The notes under the pieces: model-generated
The model's database searches: none
What the model was told of the DNA's origin: nothing
The model's input: the letters and a program-made list of their open reading frames with translations, nothing else
NCBI GenBank assembly: GCA_965238175.1
Contig: CBDEGZ010000003.1
Location: 222,076 to 286,075 of the forward strand
Source: Gammaproteobacteria bacterium
GTDB lineage: Bacteria; Pseudomonadota; Gammaproteobacteria; CAJXQU01
Direction: 5' to 3'
DNA length: 64,000 nucleotides
Made by a program: the position numbers and the translations under genes
In this document: piece by piece, positions 1-10,398 of the stretch
Layout: each line of letters starts with the position of its first letter
Position numbering within the stretch: the stretch's first letter is position 1

Positions 1-102
1 CGTGTTGCAGAAGTGATGGTAGATGCCGATCAAACATATTTGATCAGACAACGAGAAACCATTGAGGAGCTCATGAATGGAGAAACTCAGTTACCCGATT
101 AG
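1..102 (+). CDS. 3' end of an unidentified upstream gene (C-terminal 33 codons, stop at 100-102)
   Basis: Open frame from the window edge, '...RVAEVMVDADQTYLIRQRETIEELMNGETQLPD*'. No recognisable family. Confidence 0.3.
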   Translation, partial: RVAEVMVDADQTYLIRQRETIEELMNGETQLPD

Positions 103-200
103 ATAGCTTGTAGGCAGCGGCGTATTATCTTGCTGATTTTTAAGCGGTATGGGACACTGTCTTGAGAAGCGCTCAATCCTTGTAGTACATAGCCTATGCA

Positions 201-248
201 AGCACTACATTGGTGCGGAGCAAGCCTTAAGTGCACCATATTAGCGCA
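201..248 (+). promoter_or_regulatory. Two candidate NtrC (NRI) enhancer sites upstream of glnA
   Basis: aGCACTAcatTGGTGCg (201-217) and TGCACCAtatTaGcGCA (232-248) each match the TGCACCA-N3-TGGTGCA dyad at 12/14 positions. They are about 3 helical turns apart and about 70-100 bp upstream of the sigma-54 promoter. Confidence 0.45.
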
Positions 249-300
249 CCTTATTTGGTCGAGCAATGCTATCTTATTGAAATAAAAAGAAAAACACTAA

Positions 301-316
301 TGGCATATGATTTGCT
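301..316 (+). promoter_or_regulatory. sigma-54 (RpoN) -24/-12 promoter of glnA (glnAp2-like)
   Basis: TGGCATatgatTTGCT: GG at 302-303 and GC at 314-315 are separated by 10 nt, matching TGGCAC-N5-TTGCW. It lies ~90 bp upstream of the glnA ATG. Confidence 0.55.
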
Positions 317-402
317 CTATTAGATTGTTGTAAAGCTTTAGATCTTACAAAAAATTAAAATATCTATTGGTAAATAAAACACAATTAGCCGGAGGAGTGG
401 CA

Positions 403-1818
403 ATGTCTGCACAAATTAAAAAAGTACTTCAAATGATCAAGGACGAAGAGGTCAAATTCGTCGATTTCCGTTTCACAGACACTATTGGTAAAGAGCAACA
501 TGTGACCATGCCAGCTCATTCTATTGATGAAGATGATTTTGAAGAAGGTAAAATGTTCGATGGCTCTTCCATCGCAGGTTGGAAAGGAATAAACGAATCT
601 GACATGATTCTTATGCCTGATCCTGACACAGCTGTTCTTGATCCCTTCTTCGATGACACTACGCTGATTTTAGTATGTGATGTTATTGAACCTTCTACGG
701 GTGAAGGTTATGAACGTGACCCACGTTCTGTTGCAAAACGCGCAGAAGCTTATCTTAAATCGTCTGGCATTGGTGATACTGCATTCTTCGGCCCTGAACC
801 AGAGTTCTTTATTTTTGATGACGTTAAATGGAATGTCGGTATTAGTGGATGTTCAGTCAAAATTGATTCTGATGAAGCATGCTGGAACTCTGATAAAGTT
901 TTTGAAGATGGTAATATTGGTCATCGACCTGGTGTTAAAGGCGGCTATTTCCCAGTTCCTCCAGTTGATTCATTGCAAGACATACGTTCAACAATGTGCT
1001 TGATCATGGAAGAAATGGGACTAGAAACAGAAGTACATCACCATGAAGTAGCAACGGCAGGCCAATGTGAAATTGGCACTGTTTTCAATACGTTAGTTAA
1101 ACGAGCTGATCAAAACCAGATCTTGAAATATGTTGTTCACAATGTGGCTCACGGTTATGGGAAAACAGCGACGTTTATGCCTAAACCTATCGTTGGTGAC
1201 AACGGTAGCGGAATGCATGTTCACCAATCTATCGCTAAGAAAGGTGAAAATCTTTTTGCTGGTAATGAATATGGTGGTTTGTCAAAAATGGCGCTTTATT
1301 ACATCGGTGGAACTATTAAACACGCCCGTGCAATTAATGCCTTTGCAAATGCTTCGACTAATAGCTACAAACGCTTAGTGCCTGGTTTTGAAGCACCTGT
1401 TATGTTGGCTTATTCGGCTCGTAACCGATCAGCTTCTATCCGTATTCCTTACGTTTCAAGCCCTAAAGGTCGCCGAATCGAAGTTCGTTTCCCTGATCCA
1501 ACGGGTAACCCATATCTGACATTCACCGCATTGATGATGGCAGGTCTTGATGGGATCAAAAATAAAATTGATCCAGGCGAAGCGATGGATAAGGATTTAT
1601 ACGATCTTCCCGCTGAAGAAGCGGCAGAAATCCCAACAGTTTGTTCTTCATTAAATCAAGCATTGGAAGCATTGGATGCTGATCGTGACTTCTTGAAAGA
1701 AGGTGGTGTTTTCACCGACGATACTATTGATGCATATATTGAACTTAAAATGGAAGAAGTCACAGCAATGCGCATGACAACTCACCCAATTGAGTTTGAT
1801 ATGTATTACAGTTGTTAA
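403..1818 (+). CDS. glnA: Glutamine synthetase type I
   Basis: The translation is a full-length GSI ('[26 protein letters not shown]...', 'DNGSGMHVH', '[21 protein letters not shown]', adenylylation-loop context). ATG at 403 is preceded by GGAGGAG (391-397). The ORF-track TTG at 367 is probably not the real start. Confidence 0.95.
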   Translation: MSAQIKKVLQMIKDEEVKFVDFRFTDTIGKEQHVTMPAHSIDEDDFEEGKMFDGSSIAGWKGINESDMILMPDPDTAVLDPFFDDTTLILVCDVIEPSTGEGYERDPRSVAKRAEAYLKSSGIGDTAFFGPEPEFFIFDDVKWNVGISGCSVKIDSDEACWNSDKVFEDGNIGHRPGVKGGYFPVPPVDSLQDIRSTMCLIMEEMGLETEVHHHEVATAGQCEIGTVFNTLVKRADQNQILKYVVHNVAHGYGKTATFMPKPIVGDNGSGMHVHQSIAKKGENLFAGNEYGGLSKMALYYIGGTIKHARAINAFANASTNSYKRLVPGFEAPVMLAYSARNRSASIRIPYVSSPKGRRIEVRFPDPTGNPYLTFTALMMAGLDGIKNKIDPGEAMDKDLYDLPAEEAAEIPTVCSSLNQALEALDADRDFLKEGGVFTDDTIDAYIELKMEEVTAMRMTTHPIEFDMYYSC

Positions 1819-1883
1819 GAAAAACCATTCACAATAATCTGGTCTGGTTATTGCTTAATCATCTATGAGGCGATCTGAGCCTG

Positions 1884-1915
1884 AGTGGATATTGGTCATT
1901 TGATCAATATCCACT
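1884..1915 (+). terminator. Hairpin downstream of glnA (11-bp stem, 10-nt loop) without a clear U-tract
   Basis: agtggatattg-gtcatttgat-caatatccact is a perfect inverted repeat 66 bp after the glnA stop. It is not followed by a T-run, so it may be a protein-binding palindrome rather than an intrinsic terminator. Confidence 0.3.
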
Positions 1916-2016
1916 GAATCAGCCTAAGAACTTCTTTGTATAGAGATTTCTTAAGTTCCTATTCATAATTGCTGTTATATACTTTAAGTTCGATTGTAAT
2001 TGGATACTATTGCTTC

Positions 2017-2589
2017 ATGCGTAAATTCATCGTTACTTTATTACTTATTGTTCCTGTGGGGACACAAGCTGCTATTTACAAGTCCATAGATGCAAACGGT
2101 AACGTGAGTTTTTCGGATGAAAAACCAAGTTCAAATGCTAAGGAAGTAGAAGAAATAAAAATTGATCCGTCCGTATTGAAGCCACCACCTGCAAAAAGTC
2201 GTACTACGATTAAACTTAGACCTCCTGAAGTACAAGCCCCTACAGAGGAGAATCAAAGAACAAATTATGATGAGTTACGTATTACGAGCCCCAAAAATAA
2301 TGAAACTGTGCGGGCAAATAATGGAGACTTAAATGTCAATATTTCTATCGAACCCAAACTAAGAGAACAGCTGGGGCACAAGGTTGTTCTTTCCCTGAAT
2401 GGGAAACCAGTTTCTGAACCACGCTCTACCACCAGTTTCGCTCTACATGGTTTGGATAGAGGCAAACACACGCTTTCAGTTAAAATAGTGGCTAAAAATG
2501 GTAAAACTGTAAAAAAAGCCACACCTGTCACTGTATATTTGAAGCGTTATTCAAAATTACTTAATTCACGACCACCAGCAACCCCTTAA
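2017..2589 (+). CDS. Secreted DUF4124-domain protein
   Basis: Signal peptide (MRKFIVTLLLIVPVGTQA) followed by 'IYKSIDANGNVSFSDEKP', the characteristic DUF4124 motif. ATG at 2017 is chosen because the signal peptide starts there. Confidence 0.65.
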   Translation: MRKFIVTLLLIVPVGTQAAIYKSIDANGNVSFSDEKPSSNAKEVEEIKIDPSVLKPPPAKSRTTIKLRPPEVQAPTEENQRTNYDELRITSPKNNETVRANNGDLNVNISIEPKLREQLGHKVVLSLNGKPVSEPRSTTSFALHGLDRGKHTLSVKIVAKNGKTVKKATPVTVYLKRYSKLLNSRPPATP

Positions 2590-2754
2590 TTTTTCTATAG
2601 CTAAGTAGCCCAGGTTAGAAACTTGTTTCTTATCCTAATTGTTTCCATTTATAGTAGGATTAAAAAACATTGTGGCTTTAATATAATTTCACAGTGCGTC
2701 ATACTATTGACATTGCATAGTCCCTAAATAATTATTTGTAGGGGGATAATTCAA

Positions 2755-3300
2755 TTGAAGACAACAACAAAAACTACGTCCATCTTATTAATATTGCTTT
2801 TCACTTGCATTGCTTCAGGTTGTCAGATGTTGACGATTTTTGATCAGGAACTTGCAACTAACGACCTCGTATCAAATACCACTCCAGAAACTACCCCTGA
2901 AGCGACTGATGTTAGGAAATTAACCCGTGAGCTTCCGGTTATTTTTTTTGCGTCAGGTAGTACCCAATTGAGTAATGAAGCACGAAAGCAGATCCGTAAT
3001 ATTGCACCACTGTTCAATCATCCAGATATCATTGATCAGACTCTAACCATTACAGGTCACTCAGATACCGCTGGAGGTGTGGATACAAACCTGGCCTTAT
3101 CTGCTAAAAGAGCTGAGTCAGTTAGCCGTGAATTAATCTTAAACGGTATACGCAATGAGCGCTTAGTTATTCAGGCCTTAGGCGAAAAACGACCTCAAGC
3201 TAAAGAAATATTAGAAGATGGTGAGTTTGATCCACAGGCCGCTGATAAAAATCGTCGAGTAGAGATCTACCTTGGTACAATACATTCAGAAGATGAGTAA
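2755..3300 (+). CDS. OmpA-family lipoprotein (peptidoglycan-binding OmpA/MotB C-terminal domain)
   Basis: TTG start with GGGGGA RBS 8 nt upstream. Lipobox (LFTCIASGC) and OmpA-like motifs 'TGHSDTAGG...NLALSAKRAESV...NRRVEI'. Confidence 0.8.
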   Translation: MKTTTKTTSILLILLFTCIASGCQMLTIFDQELATNDLVSNTTPETTPEATDVRKLTRELPVIFFASGSTQLSNEARKQIRNIAPLFNHPDIIDQTLTITGHSDTAGGVDTNLALSAKRAESVSRELILNGIRNERLVIQALGEKRPQAKEILEDGEFDPQAADKNRRVEIYLGTIHSEDE

Positions 3301-3315
3301 TTAACAAAATTAAGC

Positions 3316-5817
3316 ATGTATCGAAATTTCTTTAATCTACAAGAAAAACCTTTCAAACTAACGGCTTCACCGGAGGTATTCCACGACAATCAAGGAATCA
3401 CTCCTGCTTATAAGAAATTGATCAAAGCCATCCACTCCGAACAAAGATTGATTTTACTTTCAGGTCAAACGGGCACGGGTAAAACGTTGTGTGCAGAAAA
3501 ATTAAAGATCGATTTAAAAGGTGATCCCTATTTTGAATGTATTGCAATTCCTTTTACTTCCCTGCCACTTGACGAAATACTTGGTTACATTTGCAATAAT
3601 CTGAACCTTCATTTTGGTTTAGGCCAAGATATCGACAAGCTGGAAATTCTTGATCGTTTTCTCACACACGGACACTCTCCAATACGCTCAGTCATCATCT
3701 TAATCGACGAAGCACAAAATCTATCTCATACCATTTTGACTGGACTGGTCGAACTTGTAAAACTCGGTGTACGCTCAAAACGTAACATCCAAATTGTGGT
3801 GATGGCTCGCAATGAAACCGATCTGAATTTACATCACTCTCGCATGGCTGAATTTAATCAACATTTATCAGTAAAGTGTCAGTTAGAACCTCTCACTTTC
3901 GAAGAAACCGACTCCTATATTAAATATCATCTTGATATGGCTGGCGCTACAGACAACGGTTTTTTCACCAAGGAAGCCACCGCAAAAGTTTTTGAACTGA
4001 CTCAGGGTCGAGCACGAGCCATTAATGTTCTTTGTGATCACATCCTTAATACCGCCGCTCACGAAAAAGCAACCATCATTACGCCCCAACATGTATTTCA
4101 GTCTCACAACCAACAAAAGTTTGATGACACAATTGAAATGGATAGTTCACTTATTTCAGATGCTATTAAGGAATATGTATACGAAGAAAATCAAGTCTTA
4201 CAAAAAGAGTCGTATATCTCCACAAAACCAGAGATCTCAAATGAGCCTGATACAAAAGATCACTCTTTTTCTGAAATTGAACTTGAAGATACCGTTGAAC
4301 CTTTGATCACAAAGCTAAATACACTAGAAAACACTCACCCAACCAAATCTGTATCTAATCAATCTCTACCATCTGTAGAAGATGAAACAATAGAATTTGG
4401 AAGTACTATTATTCATACAAATAATGAACAACTGAAATCGAACACACGTAGTAAATTCAACATACCATTGTGGGGATTAATATCACTGCTTTTAATCGCA
4501 GGACTACTCTATCAAGTAAATCAACATAAGATTTTACCTTATTTAGAAAGCAGACAAATGGACCATGAAACTCTGCCACTAACAGTAGAACCTGTCATCC
4601 AACTTGCAGAAAAAATTGATCTGCCCGATGAAATTAATCTTCAAACGGAAATTGACACCCCAATAATCGACGAAAAGACCTCAAGAACCACTTATCCTCC
4701 AGAACAAAATTTCCCTGAATCTAATCGCACGATTAAAGAAAATACACTCAGCGAAAATCAAACTCTAACTGAAATTGTGCAAAAAGACCTAATGCCTGCG
4801 ACAATAATTATTGAATCGTCTGAAGAAAAAAATTCAGTTACCGAGATCGAGTTTTTATTAAAAAAAGCTAAAGTTCAAATAGCCAGTTTAAAACTTACAG
4901 TACCAAAAGATGATAATGCCTACGCAAGCTATAAGTCGATTTTACAAAAGGATCCTGAGAATGAACAAGCCAATCAAGGTATTGAAGATCTCAAACAAAT
5001 GTTCATTGAATGGGCAAAAAACAACGTCAAAAAAAACCAATTTGATCGCGCTCGCCATTATTATCGAAAAGCATTGATCGTCGATCCACAAGATCAAGAA
5101 ACACTACAAGCACTCTCCGAGCTTGAGAACAAAATCGGGGATACAGATAACATTGAATTTAAAGCTGGACTGTTAGGTCTCGCAGAAAAAGCCAACTTAG
5201 AAGAGATACAAATGCTTCTGAACAAAGGTGCGTTTCCAGAAGTACAAGATCAAAAAGGTAATACGCCACTAATGCTGGCTACCGAACGTGGTCATGTCGA
5301 AGTGATCGAAACATTATTAAACAATGGAGCTAATCCCAACATCAAAAACAACTCCGGTGACACTGCACTAATGAATGCGGTGTGGAATGCACACGCTGAA
5401 ATTGTTGATCTTTTGATCAATAAACAAGCAAATATTGATACCGCAAACAAACGTGGATGGACGGCTTTAATGTATGCTGCAGTACAGGGCCATATAGAAA
5501 TACTAGAACGGTTGACTCTTATGCGAGCGAATTTAGAATCAGAAACTGATGATCAAAAAACTGCACTTGCCATCGCTGCCTACAACGGACAATATGAAAT
5601 TGTCAAAGCACTATTAAAAAGTGGTGCACAAATAGATACACAAGATATATCTGGCTGGACACCTTTAATGTCTGCGGCCTGGAATGGTTATAAACCGATT
5701 GTGATTATGCTTTTAGAACATGGCGCAGATAAATCTATCGCCACCCCTGAAGGTGACAATGCTTTTGAGTTAGCCTCGGAACAGAGCCACTACTCCATTA
5801 TGACGTTACTAAAATAG
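3316..5817 (+). CDS. ExeA/GspA-like P-loop ATPase (GQTGTGKT, DEAQ box) with TM segment and C-terminal TPR + ankyrin repeat region
   Basis: N-terminus has Walker A 'GQTGTGKT' and 'LIDEAQNL', typical of ExeA/MSHA-type secretion ATPases (PEP-CTERM-locus ATPase-like). A TM helix lies near residues 380-400 (PLWGLISLLLIAGLLY). TPR-like repeats come next, then 6-7 ankyrin repeats (GNTPLMLATERGHVEVIETLLNNGANPN...). Confidence 0.8.
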   Translation: MYRNFFNLQEKPFKLTASPEVFHDNQGITPAYKKLIKAIHSEQRLILLSGQTGTGKTLCAEKLKIDLKGDPYFECIAIPFTSLPLDEILGYICNNLNLHFGLGQDIDKLEILDRFLTHGHSPIRSVIILIDEAQNLSHTILTGLVELVKLGVRSKRNIQIVVMARNETDLNLHHSRMAEFNQHLSVKCQLEPLTFEETDSYIKYHLDMAGATDNGFFTKEATAKVFELTQGRARAINVLCDHILNTAAHEKATIITPQHVFQSHNQQKFDDTIEMDSSLISDAIKEYVYEENQVLQKESYISTKPEISNEPDTKDHSFSEIELEDTVEPLITKLNTLENTHPTKSVSNQSLPSVEDETIEFGSTIIHTNNEQLKSNTRSKFNIPLWGLISLLLIAGLLYQVNQHKILPYLESRQMDHETLPLTVEPVIQLAEKIDLPDEINLQTEIDTPIIDEKTSRTTYPPEQNFPESNRTIKENTLSENQTLTEIVQKDLMPATIIIESSEEKNSVTEIEFLLKKAKVQIASLKLTVPKDDNAYASYKSILQKDPENEQANQGIEDLKQMFIEWAKNNVKKNQFDRARHYYRKALIVDPQDQETLQALSELENKIGDTDNIEFKAGLLGLAEKANLEEIQMLLNKGAFPEVQDQKGNTPLMLATERGHVEVIETLLNNGANPNIKNNSGDTALMNAVWNAHAEIVDLLINKQANIDTANKRGWTALMYAAVQGHIEILERLTLMRANLESETDDQKTALAIAAYNGQYEIVKALLKSGAQIDTQDISGWTPLMSAAWNGYKPIVIMLLEHGADKSIATPEGDNAFELASEQSHYSIMTLLK

Positions 5818-6382
5818 TGATTTTCAGTCAAAACAATTCCATATCATCAAAGTCTAATTAACCTGTGAATCTACAAACAAAACAAAAAGTGGAAATGTTA
5901 ATTTATACTTCTCAATAAAAACACGAAATGAATTCCATCTGAAAGTTCCATCGCCCTTACAAACAGCAAACATGCTTAACTGCTTTGAATATCTAATACT
6001 AAATAGGCGCCCCTGAAAAACAAACTAACTCATTGAATATGTTGTCAAAGACTCAGTAACAAGATGACCCAATCGACCAGAGATAGTAAAATGTAAGCTC
6101 GTTCTCTGGTCGAAATGGTGAATAAATGCTGACCAAAAACCGTACCAGTGGTTTTCAACCGAATTTGTTTGGGAATAGACTTACTTAAACAACTAGCTCC
6201 CTCTACCCCTTCACTAGCGCTATCCGCTCGCATTCCCTGGTATGACTTTGAAAAAAACAAATTCAAGCTCCCCTTTGAGGAAATCCCAGTACTCGCTTTG
6301 ATGTGCCGATCAGTCCTCTGTTTCGCTGGCATCAAAACGAATACCTTGTACAAAACGAGGCAAAGCAGCCACAAAAATTGAT

Positions 6383-6829
6383 ATGGCGACGCTATTAAAC
6401 GAATATCCCGATGATTATCAATGGGAGCGCGGTCAACACCTAGAGGTGAGGAAACTCGCCATTTATTATGCGCTCAACCAGCTCAAAAACCGTTATAAAA
6501 AAACGCTATCCCATCCAAAATCAGATGAATACCCGTCATGCTTTTCAACATCGGAGCGCTCGCTACGAAGCCATCGGTAAAAAAGTCTTTGCCTTGATAA
6601 AGGTGGTTTTGCCCAGTGCATGCCACGAACCCATGGTGATGCCGCTAAAGGGTTACGTTGTTATGGAAAACAAAACTGCCAGGCGAAAGGAAGAGTGAAT
6701 GTGATAGGCCCGATTAGTCGTATGACTTATTTAATGTTAAGTGTGTTTCCGTGCAACATTAATGCGGACATATTTTCTGCCTGGGTAACTCAAAATTTGC
6801 TGCCTAAGTTATCTAAGCAAAATGAATAG
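6383..6829 (+). pseudogene. Degenerate IS630/Tc1-family transposase remnant (frameshifted, truncated)
   Basis: Three overlapping frames carry pieces resembling IS630 transposases: '...YKKTLSHPKSDE', 'RTHGDAAKGLRCYGKQN.QAKGRVNVIGPIS...INADIFSAWVTQNLLPKL'. No intact DDE region or terminal repeats were identified. Confidence 0.45.
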
Positions 6830-6952
6830 TAGATTTATACTAGATGCTCAAAACATTAGTTTGTATGGCATATGAGCACTAACAATGGTCACGAACTCCA
6901 TAGTAGAATGTGAGATAAACAAGTTTTTGATTAGTAAAGTGACTAAATATTA

Positions 6953-8209
6953 ATGGATATAAAAGAATACATGCAGGATCTTGGGCAAAGTGCGCGAACG
7001 GCTTCCCGAGCGATGGCAAAAGCTGACAGCAATGCGAAAAATGCTGCATTACTGGCGATTGCTGAAATTATTGAACAGCGTAAAGACACTTTGATCAGTG
7101 AGAACAAGAAAGATCTTAAAGCGGGTAAAGAGAGAAATTTGGACTCTGCAATGTTAGATCGGCTTGAATTGAATAATACTCGTATTGCATCAATGGCCGA
7201 AGGTTTACGGCAAGTAGCAGCGTTGGATGATCCTATTGGTGCGATCACCGATATGAAATATCGTCCTTCCGGTATCCAGGTTGGAAAAATGCGCGTGCCT
7301 TTAGGTGTCGTTGGGATCATTTATGAGTCGCGTCCGAATGTGACGGCCGATGCTGCTGCTCTTGCGTTGAAATCGGGTAATGCAACGATCTTGCGTGGTG
7401 GTTCTGAGGCGATAAAATCGAATCAGGCAATTGCGGTTTGCGTCAAAGAAGGCTTGAAAAAAGCCGGTTTGCCGCAAGATGCTGTACAGGTGATCGAAAC
7501 CACAGATCGAGCAGCTGTGGGTGAAATGTTGGCGATGAACGAATTTGTTGATGTCATTATTCCGCGTGGAGGTAAAGGCTTGATCGAACGAATTAGCAAA
7601 GAAGCAACCATGCCCGTGATCAAACATCTGGATGGTATTTGTCACGTTTATATAGATGACAAAGCGTGTATGGAAAAAGCGATCAATATTGCTTTTAATG
7701 CAAAAACACATCGATATGGTGTGTGTAATGCGATGGAAACATTGCTAATAGCCGAATCCGTGGCGAATAAAATTTTGTTGCAACTGGCGCCGCTTTATAT
7801 CGAAAAAAGCGTTGAGTTACGCGGTTGTGCCGCAACGATGGCGATTGTGTCAGATATTACAGAGGCGACAGAAGAAGACTGGCAAACCGAATATCTCGCA
7901 CCGATTCTTTCTATCCGAATTGTAAAAGATGTTAATGCCGCGATTGATCATATTAACCACTATAGTTCGCAACATACCGACACGATCGTCACAGAAGACT
8001 ACACGATTGCCCGTCGTTTCTTGCGGGAAGTGGATTCCAGTTCTGTAATGATTAATGCTTCTACGCGTTTCGCTGATGGTTTTGAATATGGTTTGGGAGC
8101 GGAAATTGGGATCAGTACGGATAAGTTTCATGCACGTGGACCAGTCGGTTTAGAAGGACTCACTTCACAGAAATATATTGTGTTTGGTGATGGTGAAATC
8201 CGAACCTAG
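6953..8209 (+). CDS. proA: Gamma-glutamyl phosphate reductase (glutamate-5-semialdehyde dehydrogenase)
   Basis: Full-length ProA-like translation (aldehyde dehydrogenase fold, '[29 protein letters not shown]', '[22 protein letters not shown]'). Confidence 0.95.
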   Translation: MDIKEYMQDLGQSARTASRAMAKADSNAKNAALLAIAEIIEQRKDTLISENKKDLKAGKERNLDSAMLDRLELNNTRIASMAEGLRQVAALDDPIGAITDMKYRPSGIQVGKMRVPLGVVGIIYESRPNVTADAAALALKSGNATILRGGSEAIKSNQAIAVCVKEGLKKAGLPQDAVQVIETTDRAAVGEMLAMNEFVDVIIPRGGKGLIERISKEATMPVIKHLDGICHVYIDDKACMEKAINIAFNAKTHRYGVCNAMETLLIAESVANKILLQLAPLYIEKSVELRGCAATMAIVSDITEATEEDWQTEYLAPILSIRIVKDVNAAIDHINHYSSQHTDTIVTEDYTIARRFLREVDSSSVMINASTRFADGFEYGLGAEIGISTDKFHARGPVGLEGLTSQKYIVFGDGEIRT

Positions 8210-8231
8210 TTTGAGAGTTATTCAGAATTCG

Positions 8232-8864
8232 ATGAAGCCAGTCGCAATTTTTGGTGGGACATTTAATCCAGTTCATAATGGACATTTGCGTGCGGCCTTA
8301 GAGATCAAAGAGACGCTCGATCTATCAGCAGTTCATATGATCCCATTGTTTGCACCACCTCATCGAGAGCCTCCAGAAGTGAGTGCAGATCTTCGATTAG
8401 TCATGCTTGAAGCGGCAACATCTGATAATGCTGATCTGATTGCAGATGATCGGGAGATCCGACGCAGTGGGATTTCATACACTGTCGATACGTTGCGTGA
8501 ATTACGTGAAGAACTGGGTTCTAATCCTTTGTGTATGATTTTAGGAACAGATGCATTTTCTCATTTGCACACTTGGCGTAATTGGGAAGAATTGATCGAG
8601 CTGGCTCATATCATTGTTGTACATCGACCAGGGACAGATCTGTCGAAAAATGTACCTGCGAATGAGCTGTTAGAAAAGCTGCAAACTGACAAAATTAAAC
8701 ATCTACACAATTCACCTTCGGGCTGTTTTATGTCGATCTCGATCCCGATGTTAGAGATTTCCTCGACACAGATAAGATCAATGTTGCACAATGACCGAAA
8801 TCCGAGATATTTATTACCAGAGTCGGTCCGAAAAGTCATCATGGAAAAAAAGTTGTATCAATAA
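8232..8864 (+). CDS. nadD: Nicotinate-nucleotide adenylyltransferase
   Basis: 'VAIFGGTFNPVHNGHL' (the HxGH nucleotidyltransferase motif) and 'ISSTQIR' C-terminal motif. ATG at 8232 is chosen over the upstream ORF-track start. Confidence 0.9.
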   Translation: MKPVAIFGGTFNPVHNGHLRAALEIKETLDLSAVHMIPLFAPPHREPPEVSADLRLVMLEAATSDNADLIADDREIRRSGISYTVDTLRELREELGSNPLCMILGTDAFSHLHTWRNWEELIELAHIIVVHRPGTDLSKNVPANELLEKLQTDKIKHLHNSPSGCFMSISIPMLEISSTQIRSMLHNDRNPRYLLPESVRKVIMEKKLYQ

Positions 8865-9211
8865 TGGAAATAGAAAAACTTAAAAAAATCGTCATCGAAG
8901 CACTGGAAGATATTAAGGCTGAAGACATTCAGGTTTTAGATGTAAGTGAGATAACCTCTATCGCAGACTATATGATTGTCGCCTCTGGTAATTCTACTCG
9001 ACAGGTGAAAGCTTTGGCCCATAATGTTGTCGAAGAAGCCAAGAAAAATGGTGTGCAGCCAATCGGAACCGAGGGTGAAGAAAAGGCAGAATGGGTATTA
9101 GTTGATCTCGGTGATATTATTATCCACGTTCTAAAACCTGAAACGCGGGAGTTTTATCAGCTAGAAAAACTCTGGGCACCGCAAGTGGATCAAGTTCAAT
9201 CTCAAGAGTAA
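8864..9211 (+). CDS. rsfS: Ribosome silencing factor RsfS (Iojap family)
   Basis: 115-aa Iojap-like protein ('SIADYMIVASGNSTRQVKALA...WVLVDLGDIIIHV'). Classic nadD-rsfS-rlmH synteny. Confidence 0.9.
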   Translation: MEIEKLKKIVIEALEDIKAEDIQVLDVSEITSIADYMIVASGNSTRQVKALAHNVVEEAKKNGVQPIGTEGEEKAEWVLVDLGDIIIHVLKPETREFYQLEKLWAPQVDQVQSQE

Positions 9212-9223
9212 GTTAAAACCAGT

Positions 9224-9694
9224 ATGCAAATACAGCTACTGGCAATTGGGAAACGGATGCCAGATTGGATCGGGATGGGATATAAAGAATACGCAAACCG
9301 TCTTAAATCAACATTACCTCTCAACTTGATTGAGATTGCCACCACTCGAAAATCAAATTCACAAGATAGTAAAACCGTCATTCGTGGAGAAGGTGAAAAG
9401 TTACTGGCAACTATTCCTGAAAAAGCCTGGGTTGTCGCGCTTGATGAACATGGCAAGCAGTGGAGCAGCAAAGAACTCGCAGAACAAATGGAAAAATGGG
9501 CCGATCATTCCTCACAAATCGCCCTTTTGATCGGTGGTGCAGACGGTTTAGATAAAGCTTGTCTAGATCGAGCAGATCAAATTTGGTCTTTATCAGCATT
9601 GACCTTACCGCATGCGTTAGTGCGTGTTGTCGTAGCTGAACAGATTTACCGCGCTTGGAGCCTTAATAGTAACCATCCATATCATCGATCATGA
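9224..9694 (+). CDS. rlmH: 23S rRNA (pseudouridine1915-N3)-methyltransferase
   Basis: SPOUT-fold RlmH-like sequence, 156 aa. Synteny with rsfS. Confidence 0.9.
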   Translation: MQIQLLAIGKRMPDWIGMGYKEYANRLKSTLPLNLIEIATTRKSNSQDSKTVIRGEGEKLLATIPEKAWVVALDEHGKQWSSKELAEQMEKWADHSSQIALLIGGADGLDKACLDRADQIWSLSALTLPHALVRVVVAEQIYRAWSLNSNHPYHRS

Positions 9695-10260
9695 AGCTTT
9701 ACCTCGCATCACAATCTCCCCGTCGTCGTGAATTGCTTGATCAAATTGATGTGAGTTATGAATGCCTGGATGTTGATATCAATGAAGATTGGGATGGTAA
9801 AGAACAAGCACGAGACTATGTGGCGAGACTCGCGCTAGAAAAAGCACAGACGGGTTACAAGTTATTGGAAGACAAAACTGATTGTGTGGTGTTGGGTGCA
9901 GATACATCCGTTGTCTTGGATGATGATATTCTCGGTAAAGCTACAAACCGGCAAGAAGTTTATAAGATGTTGTCTCGACTCTCTGGTCGCGTTCATTATG
10001 TATACACTGGTGTTGCTTTAGTAGGTTTCGAAAAGGAGGTTCTTGTTAATCTGAATAGAGTAACTTTCCGGCCATTATCTCAGAATGAATTAGAGAGCTA
10101 TGCTGCTTCGAACGAACCGCTTGGAAAAGCAGGTGGTTACGCAATTCAAGGAATGGCTGCAAAATTTATAGAACGCATTGAAGGAAGTTATTCTGGTATT
10201 ATGGGGTTACCATTGTTTGATGTTGCCGTTTTATTAAAAGGGAAAGCAATAATTTATTAA
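9691..10260 (+). CDS. maf: Maf-like nucleoside triphosphate pyrophosphatase
   Basis: 'LYLASQSPRRRELL' N-terminal Maf signature, 189 aa. Its start overlaps the rlmH stop. Confidence 0.9.
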   Translation: MKLYLASQSPRRRELLDQIDVSYECLDVDINEDWDGKEQARDYVARLALEKAQTGYKLLEDKTDCVVLGADTSVVLDDDILGKATNRQEVYKMLSRLSGRVHYVYTGVALVGFEKEVLVNLNRVTFRPLSQNELESYAASNEPLGKAGGYAIQGMAAKFIERIEGSYSGIMGLPLFDVAVLLKGKAIIY

Positions 10261-10398
10261 CTATTTATTATCGCTTTTCAAGAAAAACTTTAAGATCGAA
10301 CTTGTTAAGTAGTTCATAGAAATGTAATAAATTTGACATTAGAACGACATACAAGTAGGTCAGAATATATTGTGTTTTGAAATATCAGGAGTTTAATT

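Noticed and set aside
677-1378. Internal +-strand ORFs within glnA (677-1003, 1130-1378)
   Set aside because: These are out-of-frame ORFs inside a highly conserved gene; they are artefacts.
6045-6381. ORFs 6045-6374 (-) and 6148-6381 (+)
   Set aside because: They are mutually overlapping, with no motifs or RBS, and lie in a decayed intergenic/IS-remnant region. They were not called.
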